Shown piece by piece: positions 19,321 to 29,984 of a stretch of 64,000 nucleotides of DNA. The first letter of the stretch is position 1. Every line of letters begins with the position of its first letter. The position numbers and the translations under genes are program-made. Source of the stretch: an uncultured bacterium (lineage in GTDB: Bacteria > Zixibacteria > MSB-5A5 > GN15 > FEB-12); NCBI GenBank assembly GCA_965372795.1, contig CBDVDR010000001.1, positions 224,001 to 288,000 of the forward strand, read 5' to 3'. The notes below the pieces were generated by a model. The model had not been told where the DNA came from. It searched no databases and saw only the letters and a program-made list of their open reading frames with translations.

Positions 19321-21236
19321 CAGCTGATTTTTGAACCCGGGGGAAGTTCCGCTTCAGGTACAACCAGACAAAGTTTTTTCCCTTTTTTCGCTGCCAGAAG
19401 CATTCCGTTTGATTCCACTCCGCGAATTACTGCCGGTTTAAGATTTGTAACTACAACGACTCTTTTACCGACGATCTCATCGGTGGAATAATGCTCAGCC
19501 ACACCAGCTATAACCTGACGCTTTTCTTTACCGATATCTATTTGAAGCTTTAACAGTTTATCAGCACCATCGACTTTTTCCGCCTTTAAAACTTCAGCAA
19601 CCCGAAGCTGCACTTTTGAAAATTCAGCAATATCCAGCAAACCTTCATCACTCTGCCGGGCTGGTTTATCTTCCGGCTTATCTTCTACCTTCGCTTTCAG
19701 GCGTGGGAAGATCGGATCACCCAGAGACAATTTTATCCCGGGTGTCAGATCAAAAAACTTAAGGGAATTATCAAGGGTCAGCGTGCTATCATCAAGACCA
19801 AACACTTTTCTTATCTCAGTCATTTTATTGGGCATAACCGGATAAAGCAGGATCGACACGATTCTGATTGTTTCACAACAGGAATATAAAATCCCGCCAA
19901 GTTTTTCAGTATCGCCGCTTTTGGCATATTTCCAGGGAGCATTATCATTAAAAAATTTATTAGTCGATTTCACCAATGAAATAACATCGGCTATCGAATG
20001 ACCTAATCTAAAATGTTTAATATGAGAATAGGCTGCCCCAGGTAAACTTGCCGCCTGTTCCATCAATTCTTTCAATCCTGAAATATCATCTGATGGTGCT
20101 GGAAGCTTACTGTCAAAATTAACATCAATCATTTTAACAACCCTTGAAACAAGGTTGCCAAGGTCATTGGCTAAATCAGAATTATACTGAGTAATAAATC
20201 GACTGGCTTGTATGTCACCATCAACTCCGAAAGGAAACTGAGTCAATAACAAATATCGGGTGCCATCAGCTCCAAACTCTTCAACCATTTCATTAGGATC
20301 AATTTTGACTCCCAGACTCTTGGACATTTTCTTACCGTCTATGGTAAAGAATCCATGCAAAACCATTGTATCGGGGATTTTCATTCCAGCCGCCATCAAC
20401 ATTGCCGGCCATAATATGCAATGAAATTTTAATATATCCTTGGCCATCAGATGAACAACTTCACCTTCGTTCCACCATTTGTTAAAGCTGGCTTCATCAT
20501 CGGCATAACCAATAGCTGAGATATAATTTGATAAAGCATCAACCCACACATAGGCGACGTGATCTTTATCAAAATTTAAAGGGATTCCCCAATCAACTCT
20601 TTGACGTGAAATTGAAAAATCAGGTAAATCCTGTTTGATCAACCCCAAAACTTCACGTCGTCGTTCTTCAGGTACAATTAGTAATTCATTAGATTCAATC
20701 ATCTCTTTAATCTTTGGTAAAAAAGCACTTGAACGGAAAAAATAATTTTTTTCTTTTAGTTTCTCTGGCTCAGTTTGATGGTCAGGACAAAGCCCATCTT
20801 CTAATTCTTTTTCAGTTAGAAACTTTTCACATCCCGTACAATAGAGACCCTCGTAATAATCAGAATAAATGACATCTTCGCCATCATCAGTTTTAGCCTG
20901 TTGCATAGCGTCAAGAATTTTCCATACCGCTTTACGATGCCTGTCGGAAGTTGTTCGAATAAAATCATCGTTATCAATCGAAAGGTGCTTCCAGGCTACT
21001 TTATAATTTTTTACAATTTGATCACAAAATTCTATTTCACTCATACCCGCATCTTTGGCTGCGTCTGCTACTTTGGTTCCATGCTCATCTGTTCCGGTTA
21101 AAAAATAAGCTTCACGACCAGCAATTTTGTGAAATCTTTTTAACATATCTGCAGCGATGGTGGTATAAGCATGACCGATATGAGGTTTATCATTTACATA
21201 ATAGATTGGGGTTGTAATGTATATTGGTTTAGACAA
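19320..21236 (-). CDS. metG: Methionyl-tRNA synthetase with C-terminal tRNA-binding domain
   Basis: HIGH, KMSKS and YVWVDAL motifs; C-terminal OB domain. Confidence 0.98.
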   Translation of the reverse strand: MSKPIYITTPIYYVNDKPHIGHAYTTIAADMLKRFHKIAGREAYFLTGTDEHGTKVADAAKDAGMSEIEFCDQIVKNYKVAWKHLSIDNDDFIRTTSDRHRKAVWKILDAMQQAKTDDGEDVIYSDYYEGLYCTGCEKFLTEKELEDGLCPDHQTEPEKLKEKNYFFRSSAFLPKIKEMIESNELLIVPEERRREVLGLIKQDLPDFSISRQRVDWGIPLNFDKDHVAYVWVDALSNYISAIGYADDEASFNKWWNEGEVVHLMAKDILKFHCILWPAMLMAAGMKIPDTMVLHGFFTIDGKKMSKSLGVKIDPNEMVEEFGADGTRYLLLTQFPFGVDGDIQASRFITQYNSDLANDLGNLVSRVVKMIDVNFDSKLPAPSDDISGLKELMEQAASLPGAAYSHIKHFRLGHSIADVISLVKSTNKFFNDNAPWKYAKSGDTEKLGGILYSCCETIRIVSILLYPVMPNKMTEIRKVFGLDDSTLTLDNSLKFFDLTPGIKLSLGDPIFPRLKAKVEDKPEDKPARQSDEGLLDIAEFSKVQLRVAEVLKAEKVDGADKLLKLQIDIGKEKRQVIAGVAEHYSTDEIVGKRVVVVTNLKPAVIRGVESNGMLLAAKKGKKLCLVVPEAELPPGSKIS

Positions 21237-21262
21237 TTTTAAGCCCTCACACGCTTTGTTAG

Positions 21263-22159
21263 TTATTCTTTATCATCCAAATTCTTAAGTTCTTTTACAC
21301 CGGCGTCTGCTTTTCGATATTCTGACTCAACGTCTTCTTCAACAACCTGAGGTCTGCCTGAACTGACATTTAAAATATCTTTGGCTTTTACTCTGAACGT
21401 GACATGTTCGGCATCCAGAATTACTGCTTCTTCATTGAAAATATCAATTCTCAAAATCCGACCATTCCCGCTTTCTGATTCTATAAATAATCCCGGAACT
21501 GGGAATTGACTTTTGATTTCTTTGTACACATCAGCTTCATAGCGTAAACAACAGAGCAATCGACCACAATTGCCTGATATCTTTGAAGGATTCATCGGTA
21601 AATCTTGATCGCGGGCATGTTGAGTTGTAATTGGTTGAAATGTCTTAATAAAAGAATTACAACATTGTTCTTTACCGCATACTCCATATCCGCCGATTCG
21701 ACGCGCTTCATCACGAACGCCAATTTGGCGTAATTCAATTCTGGTTTTATAACAACCAGCCAGATCTTTCACCAGCTCTCTAAAATCTACCCGGGAATCG
21801 GCAGTGAAAAATATCGTCATCTTGTTGCCATCGAGTTGTGACTCAATATCAACAACTTTCATCAAAAGTCCATGCTTGCGAATTAAATCAATGACTTCAT
21901 GTTTACAGGCTTTATCTTTTTCTAAAAGATCCGTATGACGATCGACATCTTCTTTGCTTGCTTTGCGAAGAATTGATTTTGGTTTATCTGTCTCAGAAAA
22001 ATCCAACTCGATATCAATTTTCTTACGAACTAAGCCTATGTCTTCGCCGCGTTCACATTGGACCACAACATAATCGGTTTCGATGAGATTATGATAAAAC
22101 TTATTAAAAAAGTATTCTTTTCTTGAACCTTTAAATTCAACTAAATAGAGCTCGGCCAT
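21263..22159 (-). CDS. yaaT: PSP1/YaaT (RicT) family protein
   Basis: RVDFRELV, RIELRQIGVRDEA and SGNCGRLLCCLRYE motifs; between holB and metG. Confidence 0.92.
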   Translation of the reverse strand: MAELYLVEFKGSRKEYFFNKFYHNLIETDYVVVQCERGEDIGLVRKKIDIELDFSETDKPKSILRKASKEDVDRHTDLLEKDKACKHEVIDLIRKHGLLMKVVDIESQLDGNKMTIFFTADSRVDFRELVKDLAGCYKTRIELRQIGVRDEARRIGGYGVCGKEQCCNSFIKTFQPITTQHARDQDLPMNPSKISGNCGRLLCCLRYEADVYKEIKSQFPVPGLFIESESGNGRILRIDIFNEEAVILDAEHVTFRVKAKDILNVSSGRPQVVEEDVESEYRKADAGVKELKNLDDKE

Positions 22160-22187
22160 TTTCTTTCTCCGTTAAAGGATAATTGCT

Positions 22188-23315
22188 CTAACGACTCATC
22201 CTTAAGTCAGACTTAAGTCTAAGAGCAACAGCCGTTAAAGCTCCCTGAATATGCACATTACGTCTTAAATCGGCAAGAGTTATTTTAATTTCTTCTGCAA
22301 GTTTCAATGATTTATTGGGATTGCTGAAATATTCGGACATCTTTTTTATTTCTACGGAAAAATCAATATTAATCAAATTGGCTTCATTTCCATCTATTGC
22401 AAAGGCGGCACAATCTCTTATCAATGATTGCCATAAATTTAGCAATTCAACCGCATAAGATCGATTTCTCATATCCATCATTTCATTCATATGCGAGACA
22501 AGATCATAGCTTTCCTGATAAACAAACGATTTAAACAGATAAAAACCTACCGAGCGACCCGAGGTATCGCTTTCATCATCCTGACTAAGCATTTCAATCG
22601 CTCTACCCGGAATTCCCTCACTGATTTTTGATAATAATTGGGCTTTTTCCTCTGAAACTTCATAGTTTGCGGTAAGGTATTCTGTTATTACCTGCTCAGA
22701 AACACGATCCAGTTTAATTTTTTGCGAGCGGGACTGAATTGTTGGCAAAAGCACTTCCGGTCGGTCGGCAGTTAATATAATTACTGTATCAGTCGGAGGT
22801 TCCTCAATCATTTTTAAAAGAGCATCAGCTGAAGCTGTTTTCATAAACTCCATCTGGTAAAAAAGTACAACCCTTCGTAACCCTGCCGGAGCCATTCTTG
22901 ATAAATTCTTTTTTATTAACCGGGCAACAGAAATAGGGATATTCACAGAAGAAGTTGAGGTTAATATTTTAAACGGCTCTTCTTTTTTTAGCTGTATAAT
23001 TTCCTGCGAGAGGTCTATTGCATCATCTTCCTTTTTGTGAGGCGGCAGAGGCAGAGCAAAATACAAGGCTTCGAAATTATAAGAAAACATATTATTACAG
23101 TTTCGGCATTCTCCGCAGGGAAGAATATTTTTATCACTAATCTCCTGAGGGTTTTCACAATTTAATAATGCTGCTAATGAAATTGCCATCATCCAATCGC
23201 CGGACCCTTCGGTAGCATGAAACAAGTATGTTCCGGCAATTCTATCAGCCTTAAACGAACGTGATATTATCCCCCAGGCTCTTGGTTGGAATTTTGAAAT
23301 ATCAAAAGGAATCAA
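22188..23315 (-). CDS. holB: DNA polymerase III delta-prime subunit
   Basis: C...CGECRNC zinc site, ALLKMIEEPP and LPTIQSR motifs. Confidence 0.9.
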   Translation of the reverse strand: MIPFDISKFQPRAWGIISRSFKADRIAGTYLFHATEGSGDWMMAISLAALLNCENPQEISDKNILPCGECRNCNNMFSYNFEALYFALPLPPHKKEDDAIDLSQEIIQLKKEEPFKILTSTSSVNIPISVARLIKKNLSRMAPAGLRRVVLFYQMEFMKTASADALLKMIEEPPTDTVIILTADRPEVLLPTIQSRSQKIKLDRVSEQVITEYLTANYEVSEEKAQLLSKISEGIPGRAIEMLSQDDESDTSGRSVGFYLFKSFVYQESYDLVSHMNEMMDMRNRSYAVELLNLWQSLIRDCAAFAIDGNEANLINIDFSVEIKKMSEYFSNPNKSLKLAEEIKITLADLRRNVHIQGALTAVALRLKSDLRMSR

Positions 23316-24471
23316 TTCTTATCCATTTCACCGGGTCGAGCGCTTCACGACCCTTTCGAAGTTCAAATTGTGACATACCATCTTCGCCGGCATCTCCAAT
23401 TTTAGTTCCGGATAATATATACTGTCCTTCCAAAACCGAGACTATCCCCAAACCGGCATAAGTAGTATAATACTGATTGTCATGATTAATAATAACAAAA
23501 TTTCCATAACCCCGTAAATTTCCGATATATGCCACTGAACCGGACGCCACCGCAATAATTTTACGATTCGGTCGTCCTTTAATAGAAATGCCAGGCGAGA
23601 ATGATTTTAGCTTGGTAACCCGGTCGACCAGATTTCCAAATGGTCTTATAACTTTCCCTTTCATGGGTGAAAGTAACTGTCCTTTAAGAGATGCAAAAAT
23701 AGACAACTCGGTTTGACTGGCTCTTTCTTCGGCAAGTCGAACCCGTTCCAATTCAAGCCTTTCGATAATTTTTGCCATCTCTTTGGCTGCTTCCTCAAGC
23801 ATCATAATCCGGTCTGCTTCTGCCATTTCAAGCCGTCTGAGTTTGGTTAAGGTCTTTTCTTGCTGTCTTTTTTTACTCTTTTCAAGTGAGGTCGAAGTTA
23901 CTTTTTTCTGTTTTAACCTGTTGACCTCTTTTGTTTGACCACTCAGATCTTCAAGTTTAATGATTGAATTTTCCAATAATTCGTTCGCTTGATCTACATT
24001 TCCCGATTCAAATCCTGAAACCGCAGCCAAATACATAACTTGACGATTCAGTTCTAATTCTGAATTTGGTAAATCTACCGGACGGTTTTGAGTTTGACGG
24101 GTTAGGTAGTAAAACTGCCTGATATTACCGAGATACCTTCTTCGAGTTCGTTCGAGGCTCTCTGTATTTTGAACAAGATCCGTTTCGGCCGAATTAACAT
24201 TATTATTCAACAGTGATAATTCGTTATTCAAACGGCGGATTATTTTCTGGTTGGACGCTATTTTCTGATCATACTCACCGATTCTTTTTTGAACTCCCCG
24301 CGCTTCAGTTTTAAGAGAATCAATCTTTTCTTTACCGGATTCTACTTCTTTTTTTATTTTCTCTAATTCCTGTTTTTGATCAATAATGCCCTCTTTTTGT
24401 TTACCATTGCCGGTGACAACAAAAAGCAGAATCACAATCAAACTGAAACTTGTAATTTTTGATAATCGCAT
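23302..24471 (-). CDS. envC: EnvC-like coiled-coil / degenerate M23 amidase activator
   Basis: Signal peptide, long coiled coil, C-terminal GYGNFVIINH...FELR LytM domain; follows ftsX. Confidence 0.85.
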   Translation of the reverse strand: MRLSKITSFSLIVILLFVVTGNGKQKEGIIDQKQELEKIKKEVESGKEKIDSLKTEARGVQKRIGEYDQKIASNQKIIRRLNNELSLLNNNVNSAETDLVQNTESLERTRRRYLGNIRQFYYLTRQTQNRPVDLPNSELELNRQVMYLAAVSGFESGNVDQANELLENSIIKLEDLSGQTKEVNRLKQKKVTSTSLEKSKKRQQEKTLTKLRRLEMAEADRIMMLEEAAKEMAKIIERLELERVRLAEERASQTELSIFASLKGQLLSPMKGKVIRPFGNLVDRVTKLKSFSPGISIKGRPNRKIIAVASGSVAYIGNLRGYGNFVIINHDNQYYTTYAGLGIVSVLEGQYILSGTKIGDAGEDGMSQFELRKGREALDPVKWIRIDSF

Positions 24472-24472
24472 T

Positions 24473-25330
24473 TTACCGATGAACTTTTCTTAATCCCAAA
24501 TAACCACTGATAATTCCCAGCAATGCGGCACCGCAACAAAATATTGCTATTTCTTCGATTGAAGGAAATATTAATTGAAACTGGTTAAACTCTATTTCTT
24601 CTTTTCCATAATAAATTAAAGCCCACCCTGATGCTGCTGAGATAAACCCAAGAAACATCCCTTCTATAATAAAAGGCAGTGCCATAAATAATTTTCCGGC
24701 ACCCAAAAGTTTCATCTGATAAAAACCGGAAGCTCTGGCGCGTGTCATAAATCTGATATTGTTAGCCGAACTTATTAAAGCAGTCACCAAAATTAATATC
24801 CCAAGAGCCATCCCGGTTTTTAAAATCAGAGATCTTGCTGACTCCGCTTTACTTAACCACCGCTCACTGTAGTAAACCTGCTCAACGCCATCAATTGATG
24901 CCATATTGCTTTCAATTACCTGCATATCTTTTATATTTAGATAATCAGGATTCAAATTCACTACAAAAGAACGAGGCAAAGGATTAGTTGAATCATAACC
25001 GGCGAGTAAATCTATTCCGACCATTCTAATTAAATCATTCCGGGCTGCTTCTTTAGAAATATATACAGTCTTTGATACTCCATTAATCTGTGATAAATCA
25101 AATTCCATAAGCGGCATTAACGAATCAGGCATATCTTCATGAACGTAAACTTCCACCTGCAGTTCTGAAAGAAGATCCCTATAAAATTCCTCTGATGTGC
25201 CGGCGGCAACCCAGAAAAGATCAAAAAGTAAAAACAGAAGGGTTAATGATAATAGCGAACTTAAAGTTGTACCCGGATTACGATACAAATTTCTCATCAA
25301 TTCTTTAAGTATATGAATTATTCTGATCAT
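24473..25330 (-). CDS. ftsX: Cell division permease FtsX
   Basis: 4-TM layout, NPLPRSF, MKLLGA...PFIIEG motifs. Confidence 0.88.
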   Translation of the reverse strand: MIRIIHILKELMRNLYRNPGTTLSSLLSLTLLFLLFDLFWVAAGTSEEFYRDLLSELQVEVYVHEDMPDSLMPLMEFDLSQINGVSKTVYISKEAARNDLIRMVGIDLLAGYDSTNPLPRSFVVNLNPDYLNIKDMQVIESNMASIDGVEQVYYSERWLSKAESARSLILKTGMALGILILVTALISSANNIRFMTRARASGFYQMKLLGAGKLFMALPFIIEGMFLGFISAASGWALIYYGKEEIEFNQFQLIFPSIEEIAIFCCGAALLGIISGYLGLRKVHR

Positions 25331-25992
25331 ACCAGCACACCATTCTCAAGCTGGTAATAATCGGTATTGGGAATTTCAGATGATGGACGTTCCGAACATA
25401 AAATTATCATAGATCTGCCGGATAGGGAAACTTTCACCAGATAATCAAAAATTCGCTCATAAGTCGTTTTATCGAGCCCGGCAGATGGTTCATCAATTAT
25501 TAATAGCGGCTGATTGGCAATAGTTGCTCTTGCATATTGAACCAAAGTGTTCTCAACCCGGGTTAAATTTTGAGGATATTCGAAGGCTTGTTTTAAAAGT
25601 GAAAATTCACTCAACATTTTAAACAGGCGATCTTTTTTCACAGCACTTCTTTCAGCCGTCAAGATCAAGGGAAAGGTTATATTCTCAGCCACAGTTAAAC
25701 CGGGAATTAATGAAAATAATCCTCCTACTGCCCCGATTTTCCTGCGTAACTTCTTAATCTGACCCCTGCGACGTGGTTTTACAAGTTCACCAAAAACTTC
25801 GACCGAACCATCTTCGGGTGCTTTTTCGCCTATAATAAGCTCAACAAGACTGCTTTTACCTGACCCTGCCCCACCGGTAATAACAACAGTTCTGCCCGCA
25901 TTTAGTTTAAATGAAAGATTCTTAAAAACAATGCTACCACGATCTGATTTCAGGTATACATTATTTATATCAATGACAATTTTTTCTGACAT
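25327..25992 (-). CDS. ftsE: FtsE-like ABC ATPase with degenerate motifs
   Basis: Start reassigned to ATG 25992; Walker A GGAGSGKS, Walker B IIDEP; upstream of ftsX-envC. Confidence 0.8.
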   Translation of the reverse strand: MSEKIVIDINNVYLKSDRGSIVFKNLSFKLNAGRTVVITGGAGSGKSSLVELIIGEKAPEDGSVEVFGELVKPRRRGQIKKLRRKIGAVGGLFSLIPGLTVAENITFPLILTAERSAVKKDRLFKMLSEFSLLKQAFEYPQNLTRVENTLVQYARATIANQPLLIIDEPSAGLDKTTYERIFDYLVKVSLSGRSMIILCSERPSSEIPNTDYYQLENGVLV

Positions 25993-26125
25993 ATCCCGAT
26001 CCGGTAAAAAACTAAATTGACAGACTAAAGTTATAAAACTATAATCATTAATATTAAAATTAAAGAAACCGATAATAATAAAAAGGGTACAAAGTTTAAA
26101 ACTTTTAAACAATTTAAAAACTATT

Positions 26126-27061
26126 ATGAAAAAAATACTACTTTTCTTAACAATCTCTATGATTTGCATCTCTGGTGCAGCTTCACAGGAATGGAAACCA
26201 ATAAAGTTTGCATCAAATGAAAATATTACAGGTATTTTCTTTCTCCATCCGGACACCGGCTTTGCAATATCAAGCCGTGGAAAAATTTCAAGAACCAACG
26301 ATGCCGGAAAAACCTGGCGAACCCACTTAGTCTCAAATTCCTTGAACCTTGAAGATCTCTATTTTATAAATAGTGATACCGGCTTTGTCTGCGCGCACAA
26401 GGGTGGTATTTTTGCAACTTATGATGGCGGAGTCCATTGGGTTGATAAATCTATCAAAGACTCGCTTCCTAATTTCTACGACATCGAGATGTTTGACAAA
26501 AAAAACGGTAAGATCATTGGCTTAACTAACCAGGAACCGAATAAATTTATGGGTATTGAAATAAATACTACCGATGGCGGCAACTCCTGGTCTATTCATA
26601 AAAAACAAGGAATCGGCTATAGCGAGATTTTTTACGAAGGAAATGACATTGCTTATTTTATATCCTTTGGCTCCTTGAATACTTCTATTGATAGAGGGAA
26701 AAACTGGACTATGACTAAAACCCATGATGGAGCTCCGGCAAGAACTGTATCATTCTTTGGTAAAAACGGAATTATTGCCGGGCTTAGCGGAATAGTCTAT
26801 ATGACTTTTGATGGAGGGGCTCAATGGCTGCTCTCACCCCAGGAAGATACTAAAACCTTTGTTGCTTCTCAGATGGTAAACGATTCGACCGCTTATCTGG
26901 GCGGCATCAATACGTCAATAATGCTCTCTGTTAATGGCGGAGCAACTTGGAAGGATGAATCCCTGACAAAACCTTTTGATGTCCTTGATTTCTTTTTGAT
27001 CGGTAATCGACTCTATGCTGCCGGGTCAGAAGGCGGTTTGGCGTATAAAATCGTAAAATAA
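26126..27061 (+). CDS. Secreted YCF48/BNR-repeat beta-propeller protein
   Basis: Signal peptide; repeated TxDGGxxW Asp-box motifs. Confidence 0.85.
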   Translation: MKKILLFLTISMICISGAASQEWKPIKFASNENITGIFFLHPDTGFAISSRGKISRTNDAGKTWRTHLVSNSLNLEDLYFINSDTGFVCAHKGGIFATYDGGVHWVDKSIKDSLPNFYDIEMFDKKNGKIIGLTNQEPNKFMGIEINTTDGGNSWSIHKKQGIGYSEIFYEGNDIAYFISFGSLNTSIDRGKNWTMTKTHDGAPARTVSFFGKNGIIAGLSGIVYMTFDGGAQWLLSPQEDTKTFVASQMVNDSTAYLGGINTSIMLSVNGGATWKDESLTKPFDVLDFFLIGNRLYAAGSEGGLAYKIVK

Positions 27062-27081
27062 TAATTATATTTTATTGAAAT

Positions 27082-27112
27082 AAAAAAGGCAGGTTTGAAC
27101 CTGCCTTTTTTT
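27082..27112. terminator. Bidirectional intrinsic terminator between the YCF48-like gene and rho
   Basis: AAAAAAGGCAGGTT-TG-AACCTGCCTTTTTTT between convergent genes. Confidence 0.9.
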
Positions 27113-27136
27113 ATAATCTAAAACCAAATGAAATTA

Positions 27137-28384
27137 TTAATCTTTCATTGATTGTAAAAAGCGTTCATTGGATTTAGTCTTTTTGATTCTATCTCTTAAA
27201 AATTCCATGGCATCAATTGGATTCATTTCAGCTAAGAATTTCCTTAAAATCCAAACTTTGGTTAAAGTATCTTCATCAAGCAGAAGTTCTTCCTTACGAG
27301 TTGAGGAACGGTTGATATCCATAGCCGGGAATATCCGTCTTTCAGCCAAACGGCGATCCATAACCATTTCCATATTACCGGTTCCTTTAAATTCTTCAAA
27401 AATAACTTCATCCATTCGCGAACCAGTTTCAATAAGAGCTGTTGCAACAATTGTCAGTGAACCACCTTCTTCGATATTTCTGGCGGCTCCAAAAAATCTT
27501 TTTGGTTTATGCAAAGCATTAGAATCGACACCACCGGAAAGAATTTTGCCGGAATGAGGCACAACCGAGTTATGAGCCCGGGCAAGTCGGGTGATCGAAT
27601 CTAAAAGAATGACAACATCATGGCCATGTTCAACCAAACGCTTTGATTTTTCCAAAACCATCTTAGCCACTTGAACATGCCGTTCGGCAGGCTCGTCAAA
27701 AGTGGAAGATACTACTTCTCCGTTTACCGAACGTTTCATATCGGTTACTTCTTCAGGACGCTCATCAATTAACAGAACGATCAGCTTTGCTTCGGGATGG
27801 TTAGCTGTTATTGACTGAGCTATTTTTTGAAGAATAATTGTTTTACCCGCTTTGGGAGGCGACGTAATCAAGGCGCGCTGCCCTCTTCCAATTGGACACA
27901 TCAAATCTATAATTCGAGTAGTGATCTCTTCAGGATCGCGTTCCATAGTAAATGCATCTTCCGGATAAAGCGGAGTAAGGTTATCAAAAAGAGTTTTATG
28001 TTTCGCAACTTCAGGATTTTCATAGTTTACTGCTTCAATTTTAAGAAGCGCAAAATATCTTTCATTTTCCTTTGGCGGACGAACCTGACCGGAAATTATA
28101 TCACCGGTTCGAAGATCAAATCTCTTAATTTGAGAAGGGGAAACATAAATATCATCCTGTCCCGGAAGATAATTATAGTCAGGAGATCTGAGGAAACCGT
28201 ACCCTTCATCCAAAATCTCCAGAACTCCTTCTGCTAAAATTATGCCTTCTGAAGCAGAAGCACTTTCCATAATTTTATAAGTTAGTTCCGATTTTCGAAG
28301 TCCCGAAACTCCCGGTATATCCATTGCTTCAGCGATTTTTAAAAGTTCGGCAATGGTTTTGTTTTTTAGTTCTGCTAATTCCAT
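27137..28384 (-). CDS. rho: Transcription termination factor Rho
   Basis: [22 protein letters not shown] and [11 protein letters not shown] motifs. Confidence 0.99.
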   Translation of the reverse strand: MELAELKNKTIAELLKIAEAMDIPGVSGLRKSELTYKIMESASASEGIILAEGVLEILDEGYGFLRSPDYNYLPGQDDIYVSPSQIKRFDLRTGDIISGQVRPPKENERYFALLKIEAVNYENPEVAKHKTLFDNLTPLYPEDAFTMERDPEEITTRIIDLMCPIGRGQRALITSPPKAGKTIILQKIAQSITANHPEAKLIVLLIDERPEEVTDMKRSVNGEVVSSTFDEPAERHVQVAKMVLEKSKRLVEHGHDVVILLDSITRLARAHNSVVPHSGKILSGGVDSNALHKPKRFFGAARNIEEGGSLTIVATALIETGSRMDEVIFEEFKGTGNMEMVMDRRLAERRIFPAMDINRSSTRKEELLLDEDTLTKVWILRKFLAEMNPIDAMEFLRDRIKKTKSNERFLQSMKD

Positions 28385-28427
28385 AACTATACCTGTATTA
28401 AAAATTATTAAAATATTTTCTTATAAT

Positions 28428-28784
28428 CTATTCGTCCTCTAATTCTTCAACGGAAGCATCTCCCCAGAGCTTTTCAAGAGCATAAAACTGACGAGTTGAT
28501 TCTAAAAATATATGTACTACCACATCGATATAATCCAGTAATATCCAATTACCTTCTGAAATACCCTCTTTATGATATACTTTTACGCCATCTTCATGTA
28601 AACCATCTTGAATGGCGTTTGATATCGCCTTCACATGAACATCTACTTCGCCTGAGGCGATGACAAAATAATCGCAAATCGAAGATATCTCTTTGACCTT
28701 TAATATTTTTATATCGAAACCTTTTTTGGAAAGGGCCAAAAATCCGGCTTTACGTGCTAATTCAAGGGGGGGTAAACTGCTCAA
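28428..28784 (-). CDS. rsfS: Ribosome silencing factor RsfS
   Basis: DYFVIASG, WILLDYIDVVVHIF and FYALEKLW motifs. Confidence 0.95.
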   Translation of the reverse strand: MSSLPPLELARKAGFLALSKKGFDIKILKVKEISSICDYFVIASGEVDVHVKAISNAIQDGLHEDGVKVYHKEGISEGNWILLDYIDVVVHIFLESTRQFYALEKLWGDASVEELEDE

Positions 28785-28792
28785 CTTCTTTC

Positions 28793-29317
28793 TTAACTCT
28801 CCTTTACAGGGACTAAATTTAATAAATAATCCTCGAAATCATCTCCAAGTACAAGAGTCGTGGAGATTTGATTATAGTTATTTTCAAGCTCTTTGTAAAT
28901 CACAAGTGATTCATCCATCCCGATATGATCGGCAAGCATCATTGATGAGTTGATATCACTCTCTCTTGATATCAATAGTGATGACAAAATCTGCCGTTGT
29001 TCGATACAAAAGGTATCGACAACTCTTATCTCAAAATTTTTATCTTTAATAGCTTTAAAATATTTCTGAGCGACTTTTATAACTTCACTCTTGTTACAAG
29101 GAGCAACCAACTGTAGTCTGATAAAATTTTTAGGTAGTTCATCAATCTTAGTAACTGTTCCAGACACCTGATTTATAACCGTTGCTATATAAACCACCGC
29201 AAATACCGAAATTACGATTAATGAAATATCAATAATCCGCCTTATAGATTGTTTCTTAAAACCGGTTTTACGGTTTTTCGCTTTTCTTTTTGAAGAATTT
29301 ATAGGTTTTTGCATCAA
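28793..29317 (-). CDS. Membrane-anchored LytR C-terminal-like domain protein
   Basis: Basic N-terminus, single TM, C-terminal TLVLGDDF; upstream of rsfS. Confidence 0.6.
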   Translation of the reverse strand: MMQKPINSSKRKAKNRKTGFKKQSIRRIIDISLIVISVFAVVYIATVINQVSGTVTKIDELPKNFIRLQLVAPCNKSEVIKVAQKYFKAIKDKNFEIRVVDTFCIEQRQILSSLLISRESDINSSMMLADHIGMDESLVIYKELENNYNQISTTLVLGDDFEDYLLNLVPVKES

Positions 29318-29372
29318 TTATAATCTTAAAGGTGGGGTGGAAAAAAACTACAGGTGAAAAACTCCTTATTCT

Positions 29373-29843
29373 TTACGGTTTAATATAACGACCTCTATTA
29401 AGGTAATTATTATACAATAAATTACGTCCGTCAAGCTGTTGGTAATTTATTCTTAAATTAAAATACTCTGATGGATGAAAATCCAATTGAAAACCAGGTA
29501 AAACATTTACATTACTACTTCCATTACCCAAAAGCATCCCGGGATCATGGGATAAACCGACATTTAAAGCTACGGATAATTTTGATGAAATCTCATAAGA
29601 CATCATTGAATTCAGCATTCCGGTTGAAACTGAGCTGTTACCGCCTGAGAAAAATGACATTGAATAGCTATTTGACCATCTTACCTTCGAAAAATCAATC
29701 AGTGAAAACGGATCAGCAACGGGAATAACACCTATACTTTTTGAACTGATTGTATTTTGAATACGAGCATCACTAACCAGCTGTCCAAAAGAACTGCCGG
29801 CTATAAATATAAGAGATAATATAATTATAATTTTTTTCATCAA
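29373..29843 (-). CDS. Secreted hypothetical protein, beta-rich
   Basis: Signal peptide and alternating beta-strand pattern. Confidence 0.6.
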   Translation of the reverse strand: MMKKIIIILSLIFIAGSSFGQLVSDARIQNTISSKSIGVIPVADPFSLIDFSKVRWSNSYSMSFFSGGNSSVSTGMLNSMMSYEISSKLSVALNVGLSHDPGMLLGNGSSNVNVLPGFQLDFHPSEYFNLRINYQQLDGRNLLYNNYLNRGRYIKP

Positions 29844-29984
29844 ATTTCTTCCAGTTGAATATGTGTAAATCTATTTCGTTTAACGCTTTTCGTCAACAAT
29901 AAAATCCCATTTATTATATCGGTATCTAACAGTCACACTTAATTATAACGTAAAACAGACAAATAAAGGTGAAAAAAAGATTAA

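Noticed and set aside
22188..23315. Degenerate Walker A in the clamp-loader subunit
   Set aside because: Expected for delta-prime (HolB)
23302..24471. Loss of zinc ligands in the M23 domain as a novelty
   Set aside because: A degenerate LytM domain is normal for EnvC
25993..26298. N-terminal 100 aa of ORF 25327..26298
   Set aside because: Overlaps the divergent YCF48-like gene and AT-rich promoter region; the ABC domain begins at ATG 25992
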